IMG/VR virus record: IMGVR_UViG_3300042868_005134
Span: 1-64,000 of that record
Strand: one strand, 5' to 3'
Length of the DNA stretch: 64,000 nucleotides
Shown here: positions 36,451-47,200 of the stretch, piece by piece
Layout: each line of letters opens with the position of its first letter
Position numbering within the stretch: position 1 is the first letter of the stretch
The notes under the pieces: model-generated
What the model saw: only the letters and a program-made list of their open reading frames with translations
The model's database searches: none
What the model was told of the DNA's origin: nothing
Position numbers and translations under genes: made by a program

Positions 36451-36461
36451 TAAATATTGGC

Positions 36462-37037
36462 ATGAACTTGGTGTATATTCACGGGGCTAATGCCACTAGC
36501 GAGAGCTTTAACTATATTAAGAGTAAACTAGGCCAAGGTCTAGACATTAACTATGACAGTCGAAATGGGTTTGAAAATAACCTAAAAGACATGCAATCAA
36601 CATTGAGCAACTACACTGACATGGTGTTCGTTGCCCATAGCTTGGGCGGCATATACAGTTTACATTTGGCCAACGCAATGCCCAGTGCCGTTAAAGGTGC
36701 TGTGACATTAAGCACACCTTATGGTGGTGCCGAAGTAGCGGACTATGCTCGCTACTTCTTGCCGTTTAGCAGACTGATGCGCGACATTGGTCCTAGCAGT
36801 TGGGTTATGAAACAGGCAAGGAACATTAAGATACAGCATCCTTGGACCAACATAGTAACAGTCAAGGGTCAAAGTGCCTTTATGCACGAGCCCAATGACG
36901 GTGTAGTTACTATTGCCAGTCAAAAACATCACGAAGACATGGAATTAGTAGAAGTGGATTATAACCACTACGAAGTTGTGCTCAGCGACGAAGTGATTAA
37001 ACTTATTAAAGAACGAATAAAAAAGTTTAAAAAATAA
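36462..37037 (+). CDS. Alpha/beta hydrolase (lipase/esterase-like)
   Basis: YIHGA oxyanion motif, AHSLGG nucleophile, NDGVV Asp, NHYEV His; start revised to 36462. Confidence 0.85.
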   Translation: MNLVYIHGANATSESFNYIKSKLGQGLDINYDSRNGFENNLKDMQSTLSNYTDMVFVAHSLGGIYSLHLANAMPSAVKGAVTLSTPYGGAEVADYARYFLPFSRLMRDIGPSSWVMKQARNIKIQHPWTNIVTVKGQSAFMHEPNDGVVTIASQKHHEDMELVEVDYNHYEVVLSDEVIKLIKERIKKFKK

Positions 37038-37047
37038 CTCATATCAC

Positions 37048-37081
37048 TTTACATATAGTATTTGTGATAGTATAATAAATA
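37048..37081 (+). promoter_or_regulatory. Overlapping sigma70-type and late-type promoter
   Basis: TTTACA-17 nt-TATAAT overlapping TAAATA, followed by hairpin GACAGCA-AAA-TGCTGTC. Confidence 0.55.
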
Positions 37082-37132
37082 CATGGACAGCAAAATGCTG
37101 TCACATACAGACATTACACACAGGAGATTATT

Positions 37133-37420
37133 ATGTCAGATTACACACCAAAGCTACCAGAAGTTAAATTTAACAAGAACGGATACGAGATCCGTACAGA
37201 TATCCTTGCCATGGCAAAAGATATGATTCAATCAGAACACAGTACCAAGTTTCATGGTTGGGAAATGTCAGCTACACGTGATGAGAAGACTGGTCAGATC
37301 GTTACCACAGTTGGTATGCCAGAGTTCCCAGGATTAGACAAAGTATTAGAAACAGCTGAAAAGATGTACAGCTTTGTCAATCAAGGCGTTAGTCAAGTAA
37401 GTAAAGCTACTAAAAAATAA
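37133..37420 (+). CDS. Hypothetical protein
   Basis: NKNGYEIRTDILAMAKD...VLETAEKMYSFV; AGGAG SD. Confidence 0.75.
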   Translation: MSDYTPKLPEVKFNKNGYEIRTDILAMAKDMIQSEHSTKFHGWEMSATRDEKTGQIVTTVGMPEFPGLDKVLETAEKMYSFVNQGVSQVSKATKK

Positions 37421-37461
37421 TTGTATTACGCTCCTAGAGCAAACTATATTATATCATAAAC

Positions 37462-37488
37462 AAAAAGGACCTTCGGGTCCTTTTTTTT
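37462..37488. terminator. Bidirectional rho-independent terminator
   Basis: AAAAA-GGACC-TTCG-GGTCC-TTTTTTTT between convergent genes. Confidence 0.9.
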
Positions 37489-37490
37489 GA

Positions 37491-38198
37491 TTAGATTTTT
37501 GTAGAATCTTTGCCTTTATACACTGTCCAGTTCAAACTTTCCACAGGAATACTAAGCCCTGGCTTATTAGCTACACCGGTAGCTGATCCAAGTCTACTCA
37601 CAAACTTAGTCTTGTCGATATATGGTACCATCTCAGGCCAGTGTTTATCAAACCAGTCGGCATCAAAGCCTGAGAGTACTTTTAACTTATGCTTTCTTAC
37701 AAAGTTTTGCATCATCTTGTGCTCGATATGCATTTGTCTCCATAGCCGATGATCTTCACCATACCATTTATAACTAGGGTATTCAATATCAAATCCTCCC
37801 GAGTCATGCCACATGTTAAAACTCATTTCAACATTACGTAGGGACATGATGACGTCAACTTCTGGTAAGTTTTCAGCAATCCAATCTAGTTGATAAGAAA
37901 ACCAGTGGCACTGTACAAATCTAATCTGATGTTGATCGTTGGTGTCGTAGGCTCTATCAATTTCTCCAAAGATTGCTTCTTTGTTAGGATACGTACTAAG
38001 TGCATCAAACTGTTCACCAATTTCATTATACGGGCCAGCAAACACTAGTCCTGTATGATGAGCTAGACTTCCTTTTGCGTTATTAACACGCCAAGGCTTT
38101 GCTCCTGACGGGTCAACGAGATTAGTAGCTGCAGACAAGTAGTATGCGGGCCACCCCCAACAGCTACCTGCAACTCCTGATATAAAAACATATTTCAT
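37491..38198 (-). CDS. Hypothetical protein, P-loop/sulfotransferase-like fold possible
   Basis: N-terminal VFISGVAGSCW loop; WHDSGGFDIEYPSYKWY. Confidence 0.5.
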   Translation of the reverse strand: MKYVFISGVAGSCWGWPAYYLSAATNLVDPSGAKPWRVNNAKGSLAHHTGLVFAGPYNEIGEQFDALSTYPNKEAIFGEIDRAYDTNDQHQIRFVQCHWFSYQLDWIAENLPEVDVIMSLRNVEMSFNMWHDSGGFDIEYPSYKWYGEDHRLWRQMHIEHKMMQNFVRKHKLKVLSGFDADWFDKHWPEMVPYIDKTKFVSRLGSATGVANKPGLSIPVESLNWTVYKGKDSTKI

Positions 38199-39157
38199 TT
38201 GGCAATAGTATCAATCAACGGTTTCCAGTCCTGTGTTTGCTTCTTCATATAAGCGCCGATTACAGCAGGAGTGTTCAAGTTAGAGTTAATTTCAAATTGT
38301 TGTTTTTTAAACAATTCTTTCAGTGCTGGGTTAGCATATGCTTTAGTGAATTCTATATGATACCATTGTAACACATCAGGACTTACATCCTTTTGTAATG
38401 CCAGGGCCCATTCTGAATTAATATCAAATCCGGGTAACACTGAATTCAGTGTGTTAATTTCTGGAAATGCTACAGATTTTTTCTTGCCGGCAATGGCAAT
38501 AATTTTAAGTTTTTTGTCCTTGTATAATTCTGAGACTATACTGATAGGAACAACAGCAAATCGTATATGCCCACCAATTACATCTGTTATTGCGAGAGTA
38601 GGGCCTCTATGATCTATACGTTGTACACCATCGACACCTTGTTTAAATTTAATTCGATTGGCTAACTCTTCATAGATTAGTCTTGCTCCGCCACTGGCAG
38701 CAAACGAAATTTTTTCATTTTTCAACACTTCCACTAATTGTGGCGGTGTTGATACAGGATCAGTTGGTAAGGTTACCACTGCAAATGCCGACTCCGCAAG
38801 ATGTATTGGATATACAAAACTTTCTGTCTTGTATGTTCTGTTTTGTTCTGATGGCACAGCAACACGGTCCATTGCGACGATTCCGTTTATGCTGGCTGCT
38901 AATACACTATGTCCATCAGCTGGTAGTTTGCTAAAATATTCGTTGCCAATGACACCACCAGCGCCTGGCTTATGTATAATATTGAATACCACTCCAGTAT
39001 TCTTGGTAACTTCTTCTGAAGTAATTCTAACCAATACTTCGTTGGCACTGCCCGGCGCAAACGGAACCACTACTTCAACTGGTTTGGTTGGTTGCCACGC
39101 AAAGGCTAAAGCTGGAACCATGACTAATACTACTAGCAATCTCTTAATTGAAACCAT
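38195..39157 (-). CDS. Bug/TctC tripartite tricarboxylate transporter substrate-binding protein
   Basis: WQPTKPVEVVVPFAPGS, HKPGAGGVIG, PADGH, DVIGGHI, KLKIIAI. Confidence 0.88.
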   Translation of the reverse strand: MVSIKRLLVVLVMVPALAFAWQPTKPVEVVVPFAPGSANEVLVRITSEEVTKNTGVVFNIIHKPGAGGVIGNEYFSKLPADGHSVLAASINGIVAMDRVAVPSEQNRTYKTESFVYPIHLAESAFAVVTLPTDPVSTPPQLVEVLKNEKISFAASGGARLIYEELANRIKFKQGVDGVQRIDHRGPTLAITDVIGGHIRFAVVPISIVSELYKDKKLKIIAIAGKKKSVAFPEINTLNSVLPGFDINSEWALALQKDVSPDVLQWYHIEFTKAYANPALKELFKKQQFEINSNLNTPAVIGAYMKKQTQDWKPLIDTIAK

Positions 39158-39222
39158 GTTTGTTAAACTCCTATAAAAACTTTATATTATATAGCATCAA
39201 GTGCTACTTTATCAAAAATAAA

Positions 39223-39825
39223 TTATATACTAATCCAAAATCCCAATCTATCTCCGCCTGGGCTTGGATACCATGTGGTATTTTCAGGTTGCGGTTGTGT
39301 ATCTTCTTTCCATACTGGATATATTACGTCACTGCTGTGATTACTAAAATCATCATTCCAACGTAGATGTACTTCAATGATTTTACCATCTACATACTCT
39401 ACATTGATCCAGGGTGTTAGTCTCCACAGTTCGCCCAGTACCTTAGGAAAACTGTATTGTTCGTTGATACGTTCCCAACGACTAAATCTATCTAATCTAT
39501 CGCTGTTGCGAAACCCTTCAACTACCAACTTAGGTATACCATAGTGAAAATCCACACTGGTATGGCGACCAGTAAACCATTCTGTCCAAAAGTATCCATC
39601 TGGTACGAGGTCAGTGTCAGCAGGTGTTAGCCATTGTTTTGTGGCACCACGACTCATCATGCGTATGTTGGTTATAGGGCGAACAATATAGTGTGCTGGC
39701 TTAGGCACTGCTACGCCAGCTGGTCCTGCTGAGTATCCTAACTTGCGAGCCAGTATCAGTTTATCATAGATCCAAAGGTAATCTGTAGGGCAGGTAGACC
39801 ATACATCTTTATCATCTATGAACAT
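39223..39825 (-). CDS. Hypothetical protein, ATP-grasp-like
   Basis: YIVRPITN, EWFTGRHTSVDF, INVEYVDGKIIEVHLR. Confidence 0.5.
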   Translation of the reverse strand: MFIDDKDVWSTCPTDYLWIYDKLILARKLGYSAGPAGVAVPKPAHYIVRPITNIRMMSRGATKQWLTPADTDLVPDGYFWTEWFTGRHTSVDFHYGIPKLVVEGFRNSDRLDRFSRWERINEQYSFPKVLGELWRLTPWINVEYVDGKIIEVHLRWNDDFSNHSSDVIYPVWKEDTQPQPENTTWYPSPGGDRLGFWISI

Positions 39826-39870
39826 TAGAATCCGTTAGTGGCTGTGTACTTCCAGTATCTTGTGCTCTTA

Positions 39871-40842
39871 TCAATACAGTTTAGATGCTGACCAAGTTTC
39901 AGCTAGTGTTATTTCAGCTTGTGTTGACGTAGCTCCACGAATTACTGCTCCATAGAAGTTGCCTGTAAAGAAGAAAGTTGTGCCGTTTCTGGCTCCAATG
40001 TACAATGGCAAGTTGCCAAACATACTGGCAGTACTACCAGTATCGGTACCTACGTAGGCCAAAGCCGGAGCATTATAACCATTCAACCTTGGGATCAAAC
40101 CCAATGTTCTATCAGACTGTGACAAATCATATAAACCTGTTATCACATCGTGTTGAGGATCGTTGTTGGAAAACACTGCGTAAAGTGATGCTGTTCCTCG
40201 AGCTCCTATGGAATGATCTCGCATGTTGTTTTTGGCAGTGATATAAAATGAACCGTTGACGTTGCCAGCACCAAGTTCTATCATTATTCTTGATGTGCCT
40301 GTGCCTGGTGGAATCAGGTGGAATCCTGTAGTGGCCGTGACTTTGTTTGTTCCAGTAAAGTCTAATGAACCGGTGACCATGAAGTCATCAACTCCATCAA
40401 AATGTAGGGCACTGTACGCAGTTCCTGGATAGTTATAATAAGTTGGGCGTTTGGTTGGGTCACTTTGTGTAGCGTGGGCATTATTACCTGACTTGTCGTT
40501 GATTCGAGCCACTGATTGTCCGCTGGCTGTGACCGGAACAGTTCCCGAAACATCTTGGAACAGTGTTGTGATATCGCTTGGATCATACCAAGCACCTTTT
40601 TCACCTGCGGCAAATAGTGATGCAATTCCAGCGGGCTGTGTACTCCATGGACGGCCTTGAACTAGTCCACCTACGTTAGGATTATCTATAACGCTATTGC
40701 CGCTATACTGTGTAGGTAGTTTTGTGATATCGTAATGGTGTCTTTCATTACCATGCCCTGCACGATCTAAACTGGCGTGATCTAGTTTAGCTTTTTGACG
40801 TAGCTCTTTAGTTGCCAATGTTGAAATTCCGTTAGCTGCCAT
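39871..40842 (-). CDS. Probable virion protein with lectin/LamG-like C-terminal domain
   Basis: WYDPSDITTLFQD, DKSGNNAHATQ, FDGVDD, LYIGAR. Confidence 0.6.
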   Translation of the reverse strand: MAANGISTLATKELRQKAKLDHASLDRAGHGNERHHYDITKLPTQYSGNSVIDNPNVGGLVQGRPWSTQPAGIASLFAAGEKGAWYDPSDITTLFQDVSGTVPVTASGQSVARINDKSGNNAHATQSDPTKRPTYYNYPGTAYSALHFDGVDDFMVTGSLDFTGTNKVTATTGFHLIPPGTGTSRIMIELGAGNVNGSFYITAKNNMRDHSIGARGTASLYAVFSNNDPQHDVITGLYDLSQSDRTLGLIPRLNGYNAPALAYVGTDTGSTASMFGNLPLYIGARNGTTFFFTGNFYGAVIRGATSTQAEITLAETWSASKLY

Positions 40843-40866
40843 ATTAATATATTCCTTAATTAATAT

Positions 40867-43800
40867 TTATCGTTTGACAAAGTGATAATCACCGTCAGGC
40901 CCGTTATTGCTAAACAAACCCTTACAATCAAATCCTATTGTGTCCATATAGGCTATAACAGTGTCTTTTAACGGAGCACCTTTGTTATATTCTACCGATT
41001 GTAGCTCTAGTATAACATGTTTTACAGTTTGCAACACTTGGCTTGCACCTTTTATTACATCCAACTCAGCACCTTGCACATCCATCTTGATTAACTCAGG
41101 CAAGGGAAACTGTTTTAATCTAACCACCGCATCCAGTGTTGCAGTTTTTAAAACTCGTTTGTGCTTTTCATTAAAGTACTGGGGTGCTTCTGGATTGACT
41201 TCGGCATTTTCTTTGTAATAGCTGTTGCCACCAGGATGCCAGTCATTTTGATAAAATTCAACTTCTTTGCCAGTAACATCGCTCAATGCTCCCATAAAGT
41301 ACTTTAAGCCCTGTTCCTTGTATAGGAATTCGCTAGAGTCCATAGCTTCAAACGCTACTGTTTCTGCATTGGGCCATATTCTTCGTGATTCATTAGTCCA
41401 ATGTAACACACATGCTCCTATGTCATAGATCACTCGAGGTTCAAATCCTTGTGCTTTTAATGCAGCCAAATAGTCAACGTGATCTTTTGGTATCAATCTT
41501 TGACTACCTAATTCCCTGAGTCTTGCTTTGATGTCCACTTGTTGGGACTCTGCTGGTGCCACGGCAGGGATGTTGTTGTCCACTGCAAAAGTAAAACTGC
41601 CAGTATGCTGACATTGTATAGTAGTGTCAGCATAAATTTTAAATCCTTTGCCCAGGGCTTTACGACAAAAATCTACATCTTCTGAAACAGTGTGATTGTG
41701 ATCCAATGCACTGTGATATTTAAACTGAGGATACCCAACATCCTTTAACACTTGACTCTTGACTAACACACAGCCAAACCCGCAGCTGGCAATTTCTATT
41801 AATCCATGTCCTTTTATTTTACCATAAGGAATATTGCTGACTCCACCGCGATCATTGTGTTCATACAGCTCTAGTATGTGTTGTCCAGGCTTACGTTGTA
41901 TATACAATCCTGACACCACAGGCTTGTCATGTGCCAATAACTTGACCAATGTGTCGGGAGCAAAGCTGATGTCGCTGTCCACACTGAACAAATAGTCATA
42001 ACCTTTTACTGTCCAGTCAGCGATCAAGTTTCTTACTTGATCAATGTTATAGCCGTAGAAGTATTGAAATGTGGTTTGGTAACCCTCGGGCACTATTAGG
42101 TCGTAGATGCTCTTGTATGTCTCGGGCTCTATGTTCTTGGCTGTGGGTATTGCTATCAATATTCTTTTTTTTTCGGTTGACATTTTTACTATTTCTCTTG
42201 CGTTTTTGTTTTGTTCTTGACCGTTGACTTTGTAGTCATTAAGTGGGTTGACGTCATTGTAGTTGTAAACCACGTCCTGCAGACATTTAACTTTGTCAGC
42301 ATCAGCTACTTCTATCAGTGAATAAAATACTGATCCGTCACCACCTGCTCGGTACCATTGTCCTGCGTCATCTTTAAATTGTATATCTTCGCAACTGTTC
42401 AATAGATGCTTTTTAAATGTTCTTAAATGCGTATACGGCAAGATCCAGTTGAAGTGATGTTGTCTGTATGTCTTGTTCTGTCGAACTGTTTGAGGATAAG
42501 GCTGACTGATCAAAGGAATACTGTCCGCCATACTCCAACAGCTTCCGTAGGTAAACTCTGTTGAGCCATCGTATATACTGTTGTAGTAACTGAACACAGT
42601 GTTGTCATTGACCAATGTGTCATCACCATCTAACAACATTACAATAGCATCGTCATCTAATGGTCTAATGTTTTCTATTTGATTACGAACAGCGCCGCGA
42701 TTTTCCTTGTTGTTTATTAATAAAAATTTGCCTTTAAGTTCTTGTGGCAAATTGCTTAATGCTGTTTTGACCACATCGGCAGAATCGTCAGTGCTGGCAT
42801 CGTTGATCAAATAATGCAGATAGTTGTCGTAATCTTGTGCAGCCACGCTGGCAATACATTTTTCAATATACTTGCTGCAATTATAAAACGGACTGATTAC
42901 TACAATCTGTTGTTCTCTGCCTGCTTTGTAGTTCTCCAACTCAACTGTGTTGTGAAACTTGCGATTGTATATCTTGTGTAGTCTATGATTGATTTTACTC
43001 ACAGCACGATAGTCTTGTTTGCTGAGATAGTGTTCTGACTTTTTATAGAAGTGCTGCTTCCATTGTAGTGCTACACTGTCCCATCCCGCAATATCTTTGA
43101 CAATGTTGCAGTAGTATTGTTTTTGTTGATGTAGGTATGGATTGCGATACGCTTCTATAGTGGTCTTGACAAACTGTTCAACTTGTTGCGGAACGTTTAT
43201 GTCAGGAAACAAACTATTGGGTTCTACAGCATAGTCAATTAGATAGCAGGCACCTGCTAGAGCAATTTCTTCCAGTGCTCCGAAGCGACAAGTTATGATA
43301 GGAGTGTTGTAGCATAGACTCTCCATTGAGGAGATGCCATATGTTTCAGGAAAGGCAGCTGGATACAACATGAAGTTAGCCTGTGCCAGTATATCAGCAA
43401 TTTCCCGTTGGCTAATAACGCCTGTAAACTCTATATCCAACTTGGCCAGTTCTGGATCAGCAGCCATCACTCGCCAATCTTTTTCCTGTTGATCAGGTTC
43501 TGCATTGGTACTGAATCTATAATAGCCGCCTATGACTTTTAATCGAGCTTCGGGTATGTGTCGCTTGACATGCGGCCATATCATCTTGACTAATGGTATC
43601 ATGCCTTTGGTAACACTTGCATTGTAGACAAACAAGTTTTTGTTTTTGGCTGCGATGTCAACTTCGTCGTGATACAGTCTAACACCGTTACGTGTTATAA
43701 ACAGCTTGTTCTTCAATACTTCAAAGTTTCGTCTACGCCCGTGATTGCAGTTGGCAATGTAAGTGGTGTGCCAGTCGCTCAGCGTAAAAATGTCTGTGAT

Positions 43801-44235
43801 GCGATTGTTCACAGTCAGGTCTTCAATCAAGTTGTCACCAAGACAAAATGTATCGTGCATCCAAAGTACTCGCATCTTGGCCTTGCTGAGAATCCTATCA
43901 TAAAGATTCATAGCGGCAAAACGATTGCTTCTATTGTCGTTTAGTTTAGCATAGTCTTTTGGATCAGTAAATGGGATCACAGTTCTTGAACTGATCACTA
44001 TGTCAAATTCATAGTCTTGTGCCAAGGCAGACAGTGGGCAGTAGGTCACTGTGTCGTAAATGCCTGGTTTAGCATGATCCATGTCACAGTTGTTAAAAAC
44101 TGTAACTTCGAATCCAATTTGTGATAGTTCTTTGGCCATCAGGGTGACAGCACTTTCGCTACCGCCTAGGCCTTGTTTGAATACTGTGGTACCATCGTAT
44201 GGGATACCTATAATGTCTATAATAGCAATCTTCAT
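40867..44235 (-). CDS. Multidomain glycosyltransferase (GT4 + GT2 + GT-A) fused to FkbM-type methyltransferase
   Basis: GLGGSE...FPETYGISSMES; SPFYN...INDASTD...LDGDD; FSVDSDI...SEDVDFC; IYDIGA...IKMDVQGAELDVIKGA. Confidence 0.88.
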   Translation of the reverse strand: MKIAIIDIIGIPYDGTTVFKQGLGGSESAVTLMAKELSQIGFEVTVFNNCDMDHAKPGIYDTVTYCPLSALAQDYEFDIVISSRTVIPFTDPKDYAKLNDNRSNRFAAMNLYDRILSKAKMRVLWMHDTFCLGDNLIEDLTVNNRITDIFTLSDWHTTYIANCNHGRRRNFEVLKNKLFITRNGVRLYHDEVDIAAKNKNLFVYNASVTKGMIPLVKMIWPHVKRHIPEARLKVIGGYYRFSTNAEPDQQEKDWRVMAADPELAKLDIEFTGVISQREIADILAQANFMLYPAAFPETYGISSMESLCYNTPIITCRFGALEEIALAGACYLIDYAVEPNSLFPDINVPQQVEQFVKTTIEAYRNPYLHQQKQYYCNIVKDIAGWDSVALQWKQHFYKKSEHYLSKQDYRAVSKINHRLHKIYNRKFHNTVELENYKAGREQQIVVISPFYNCSKYIEKCIASVAAQDYDNYLHYLINDASTDDSADVVKTALSNLPQELKGKFLLINNKENRGAVRNQIENIRPLDDDAIVMLLDGDDTLVNDNTVFSYYNSIYDGSTEFTYGSCWSMADSIPLISQPYPQTVRQNKTYRQHHFNWILPYTHLRTFKKHLLNSCEDIQFKDDAGQWYRAGGDGSVFYSLIEVADADKVKCLQDVVYNYNDVNPLNDYKVNGQEQNKNAREIVKMSTEKKRILIAIPTAKNIEPETYKSIYDLIVPEGYQTTFQYFYGYNIDQVRNLIADWTVKGYDYLFSVDSDISFAPDTLVKLLAHDKPVVSGLYIQRKPGQHILELYEHNDRGGVSNIPYGKIKGHGLIEIASCGFGCVLVKSQVLKDVGYPQFKYHSALDHNHTVSEDVDFCRKALGKGFKIYADTTIQCQHTGSFTFAVDNNIPAVAPAESQQVDIKARLRELGSQRLIPKDHVDYLAALKAQGFEPRVIYDIGACVLHWTNESRRIWPNAETVAFEAMDSSEFLYKEQGLKYFMGALSDVTGKEVEFYQNDWHPGGNSYYKENAEVNPEAPQYFNEKHKRVLKTATLDAVVRLKQFPLPELIKMDVQGAELDVIKGASQVLQTVKHVILELQSVEYNKGAPLKDTVIAYMDTIGFDCKGLFSNNGPDGDYHFVKR

Positions 44236-44242
44236 ACTATTA

Positions 44243-44270
44243 ATTATACATAGATAATCAAAGATGTCAA
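44243..44270 (-). promoter_or_regulatory. Sigma70-type promoter, probably giving a leaderless mRNA
   Basis: TTGACA-16 nt-TATAAT; ATG 7 nt downstream. Confidence 0.6.
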
Positions 44271-44280
44271 CTGATTTGAT

Positions 44281-47200
44281 TTAATTCCAGTACTCTACTT
44301 GAGCTGACACAAGTAGGCCGCCTTCTCCTATTACCAATGCTCCAGCAGTTCCATAAGGAGCCAAAGTGAACGATCTTGATAATCCTGAATTTACCCCTTG
44401 CGACGCCGTTAATGTAGTACGTATCTGACTTGCAACTATAGAGTCTGTTATTACTGTTTTTGTTATAGGTTCTAACGGAAAAGACTCTAACAGGGATTGA
44501 CCAAATATTGTTGCTGTAGTTGCTAGGTTAGAAAAACTTGATACATGTCTAGATAAAACATTAGGTTTATTTGCTGTTGTTATTGAAAAGGCATTGCTCA
44601 ATGAAGGTCTCACATAACTATTAGGAATTTTATTAGCATTAACAGTCACCACTACTGAGTTAGGTGTGTAACCGTTGTTAACAGAGTTGGTAATAATCCA
44701 TTTAGGTTTGTTACTGCCGTTTATAACTGTATCTCGTATATAGACTAACACCGGTTCCGTAGCTTCATTACCAATATTGTCATTTGTTTGGCGTGCAAAA
44801 CGGTTACTGTAGATTGTTTGAACTGCTGAGTTAGGAGAGCCTACTGGATTGTAGACAAGTGCCGGAATTATTGTTTCTAATGCTAATGAATTATTAATCG
44901 TTACAGACTTAGAGATAGTCGATAAAGGTACAGCAGTTTGATTAAAGTCAGTAACACCGAGAATACTAACTTGTGTTACTGAATGTCCTTGTCTTCCTAA
45001 AGTTGTACTGCTGAAGGGATTGAGTTCGGAATTTTTAACTTCGCCAAATTTTGTTATAGTGAATGAATTGGATGATTGATCTACTATTGGCGCTGGTTTG
45101 CAAGTCAACAAACTGGTACCAGCTATGGCAGTTAATGGGCTGGTGGGCGGTGTGAAAGCTGAGGTATATACTGCGGTGCCCTTTACTACTCGTAGATTAG
45201 AAATATTCCCGTTTAAGAACGCACCTTGCCCCGTTTCGCATCCGATAAATGTATTTGCTCCTGTACCAACTGATCCGCTAAATGCTGCTGATCCTTTTGC
45301 CACCCCGTTAACATAGAAATAAAAGGTATTTCCGTTTCGAACATAAGCAAGATGATACCAAGTGTTTACAGCCATGCCGTGTGCAGTGCCGGCATACTGC
45401 GTGTCGTTATTTTGAATCAATAATTTAGTCTGTCCAATAATAAACCCAATACCGTCACCTGCGTTAAAAGTACCAACAGTGGCAAGCATCATGTGTAATG
45501 AATAACTTGTTGGCCAAGCATCGCTTGTTGGCAGTGCATTTAAGTAAACCCATGCTTCAACAGTAAAATCAGTACTTCCGAAATCCATAACAACATTTCC
45601 ATTGATTTGCAGATAATCTCCACTGCCGTCAAAATATGTACTAAATGAATTTTGGTAAGGCCCAACTAGAGAAAAGTCCCCTGTATTAGGAAATCGGGCA
45701 ACAGTTGCACGGGCTGTGGAACTGTTGTTAGTCACTGTATCGCTGTAGTTGACACCGTTATTAGTTCCTAATATAGGAATTCTACTGCTAATTCCTGTTG
45801 TGGTCGTACGAGCACCGTTCGACACGACTATTGTATTGTTTACAGTTGTTATAGAGTTAAAAATTCTAGCAGGCAAGTTTGGTTCAATGGTTGAGTCAGT
45901 TATTACTGTCTTGATGCTCGAAATGGCGTTTTGTCTAAAAAGCTGTTTACTTACTATAGGAGTTGTTAATAATGAAGGTACTGATACTATTGTACTATCA
46001 TACCATACGACAACAGCTTCTTGAGATTGAGAACCTGTACTAGACACATTTGTTGTTGGAAATGCTTTGCCGGGTCCCCATACAATTCTAACTGCGCCTC
46101 CGCCTCCGAAACCACCACCATAGCTGGTACCAGAGCCGCCTCCACCACCACCAAATGCGCCACCATTGATTATTCGATAACCGCTTTGTCCGGAACCTTC
46201 TCCACCTGTACCATTAGCGCCGCCGGAACCACCACCGCCGCCTAAAAATTGACCGCGAGCTGCGCCGTCTGCGCCTCGGCCATATATACCAACACCGCCG
46301 CCGGCTGGCACACCATATGTACTTGAGTAATAGCCAGCAGCAGCACCGGCACCAGAACCGGTTGGAGCGGCAGTTCCTGAAGAAGTGCCTGAGTCGGCAC
46401 CGTTGCCAGAATATCCGCCGGCGCCTCCGCCTCCTCTGTACCACCCTCCGTCATAGCCACCGTTGCCGCCACGACCACCACCATCACCAGTATAGCCGCC
46501 ACCATAGCCATTTGAAGCAGCAGTTGCTCCAGTGCCGCCACGGCCGCCGCCATAGCCCGCCACAGTGGCTAAACTGATAAAATAACTGTTGCCGCCTTCT
46601 GATCCAGCACTAGTAGCATTAGTATTACTAGTGCCACCCACACCAACTACAACGGTGTATGTTTGACCTGGAGTAACTGTAATATTATTTTTCCATCCGA
46701 GGCCACCGCCTCCGCCACCGCCAGAGCTCCATTGGTAGCCGCCACCGCCACCACCACCCACTGCTACTACACTTACTAATCCAACACCAGTTGGAGCAGT
46801 CCAAGTGTACGTGCCGGGTGTAGTAAATTCATTTTCTCCGTTTGGTGTAAACGGAATATTTGTACCTGTCTTTGAAAGACTGGAAATTTTACCTACTGTA
46901 GGAGAAGCTGACCCGTTTATAGCTGTGCATGTAATTTGATTAGTGTTAGGCAGACTGATTACGTACACTGTGTTTCCAGTGCCTAAATTACCAAGATTTC
47001 CCGATCCTGTAACTACAGATATTGCATCTCCAATTAAAAATACACTACTATCAAAAATACCAGAAATAGTCAGTCTCCATTCGGTCGCTGAAATCGCAGT
47101 AACCGACGATATACCAAGTTCAAATAATCTTCCAGAGTCTTGTACAGTTCTAACAATACCTTGAACTGGTGCAGTAGGGCCGCTGGCAATACAAGATATC

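Noticed and set aside
36273-36461. N-terminal extension of the alpha/beta hydrolase as given in the track (254 aa)
   Set aside because: Overlaps two better small ORFs; the hydrolase fold begins at Met 36462 right after TAAATA
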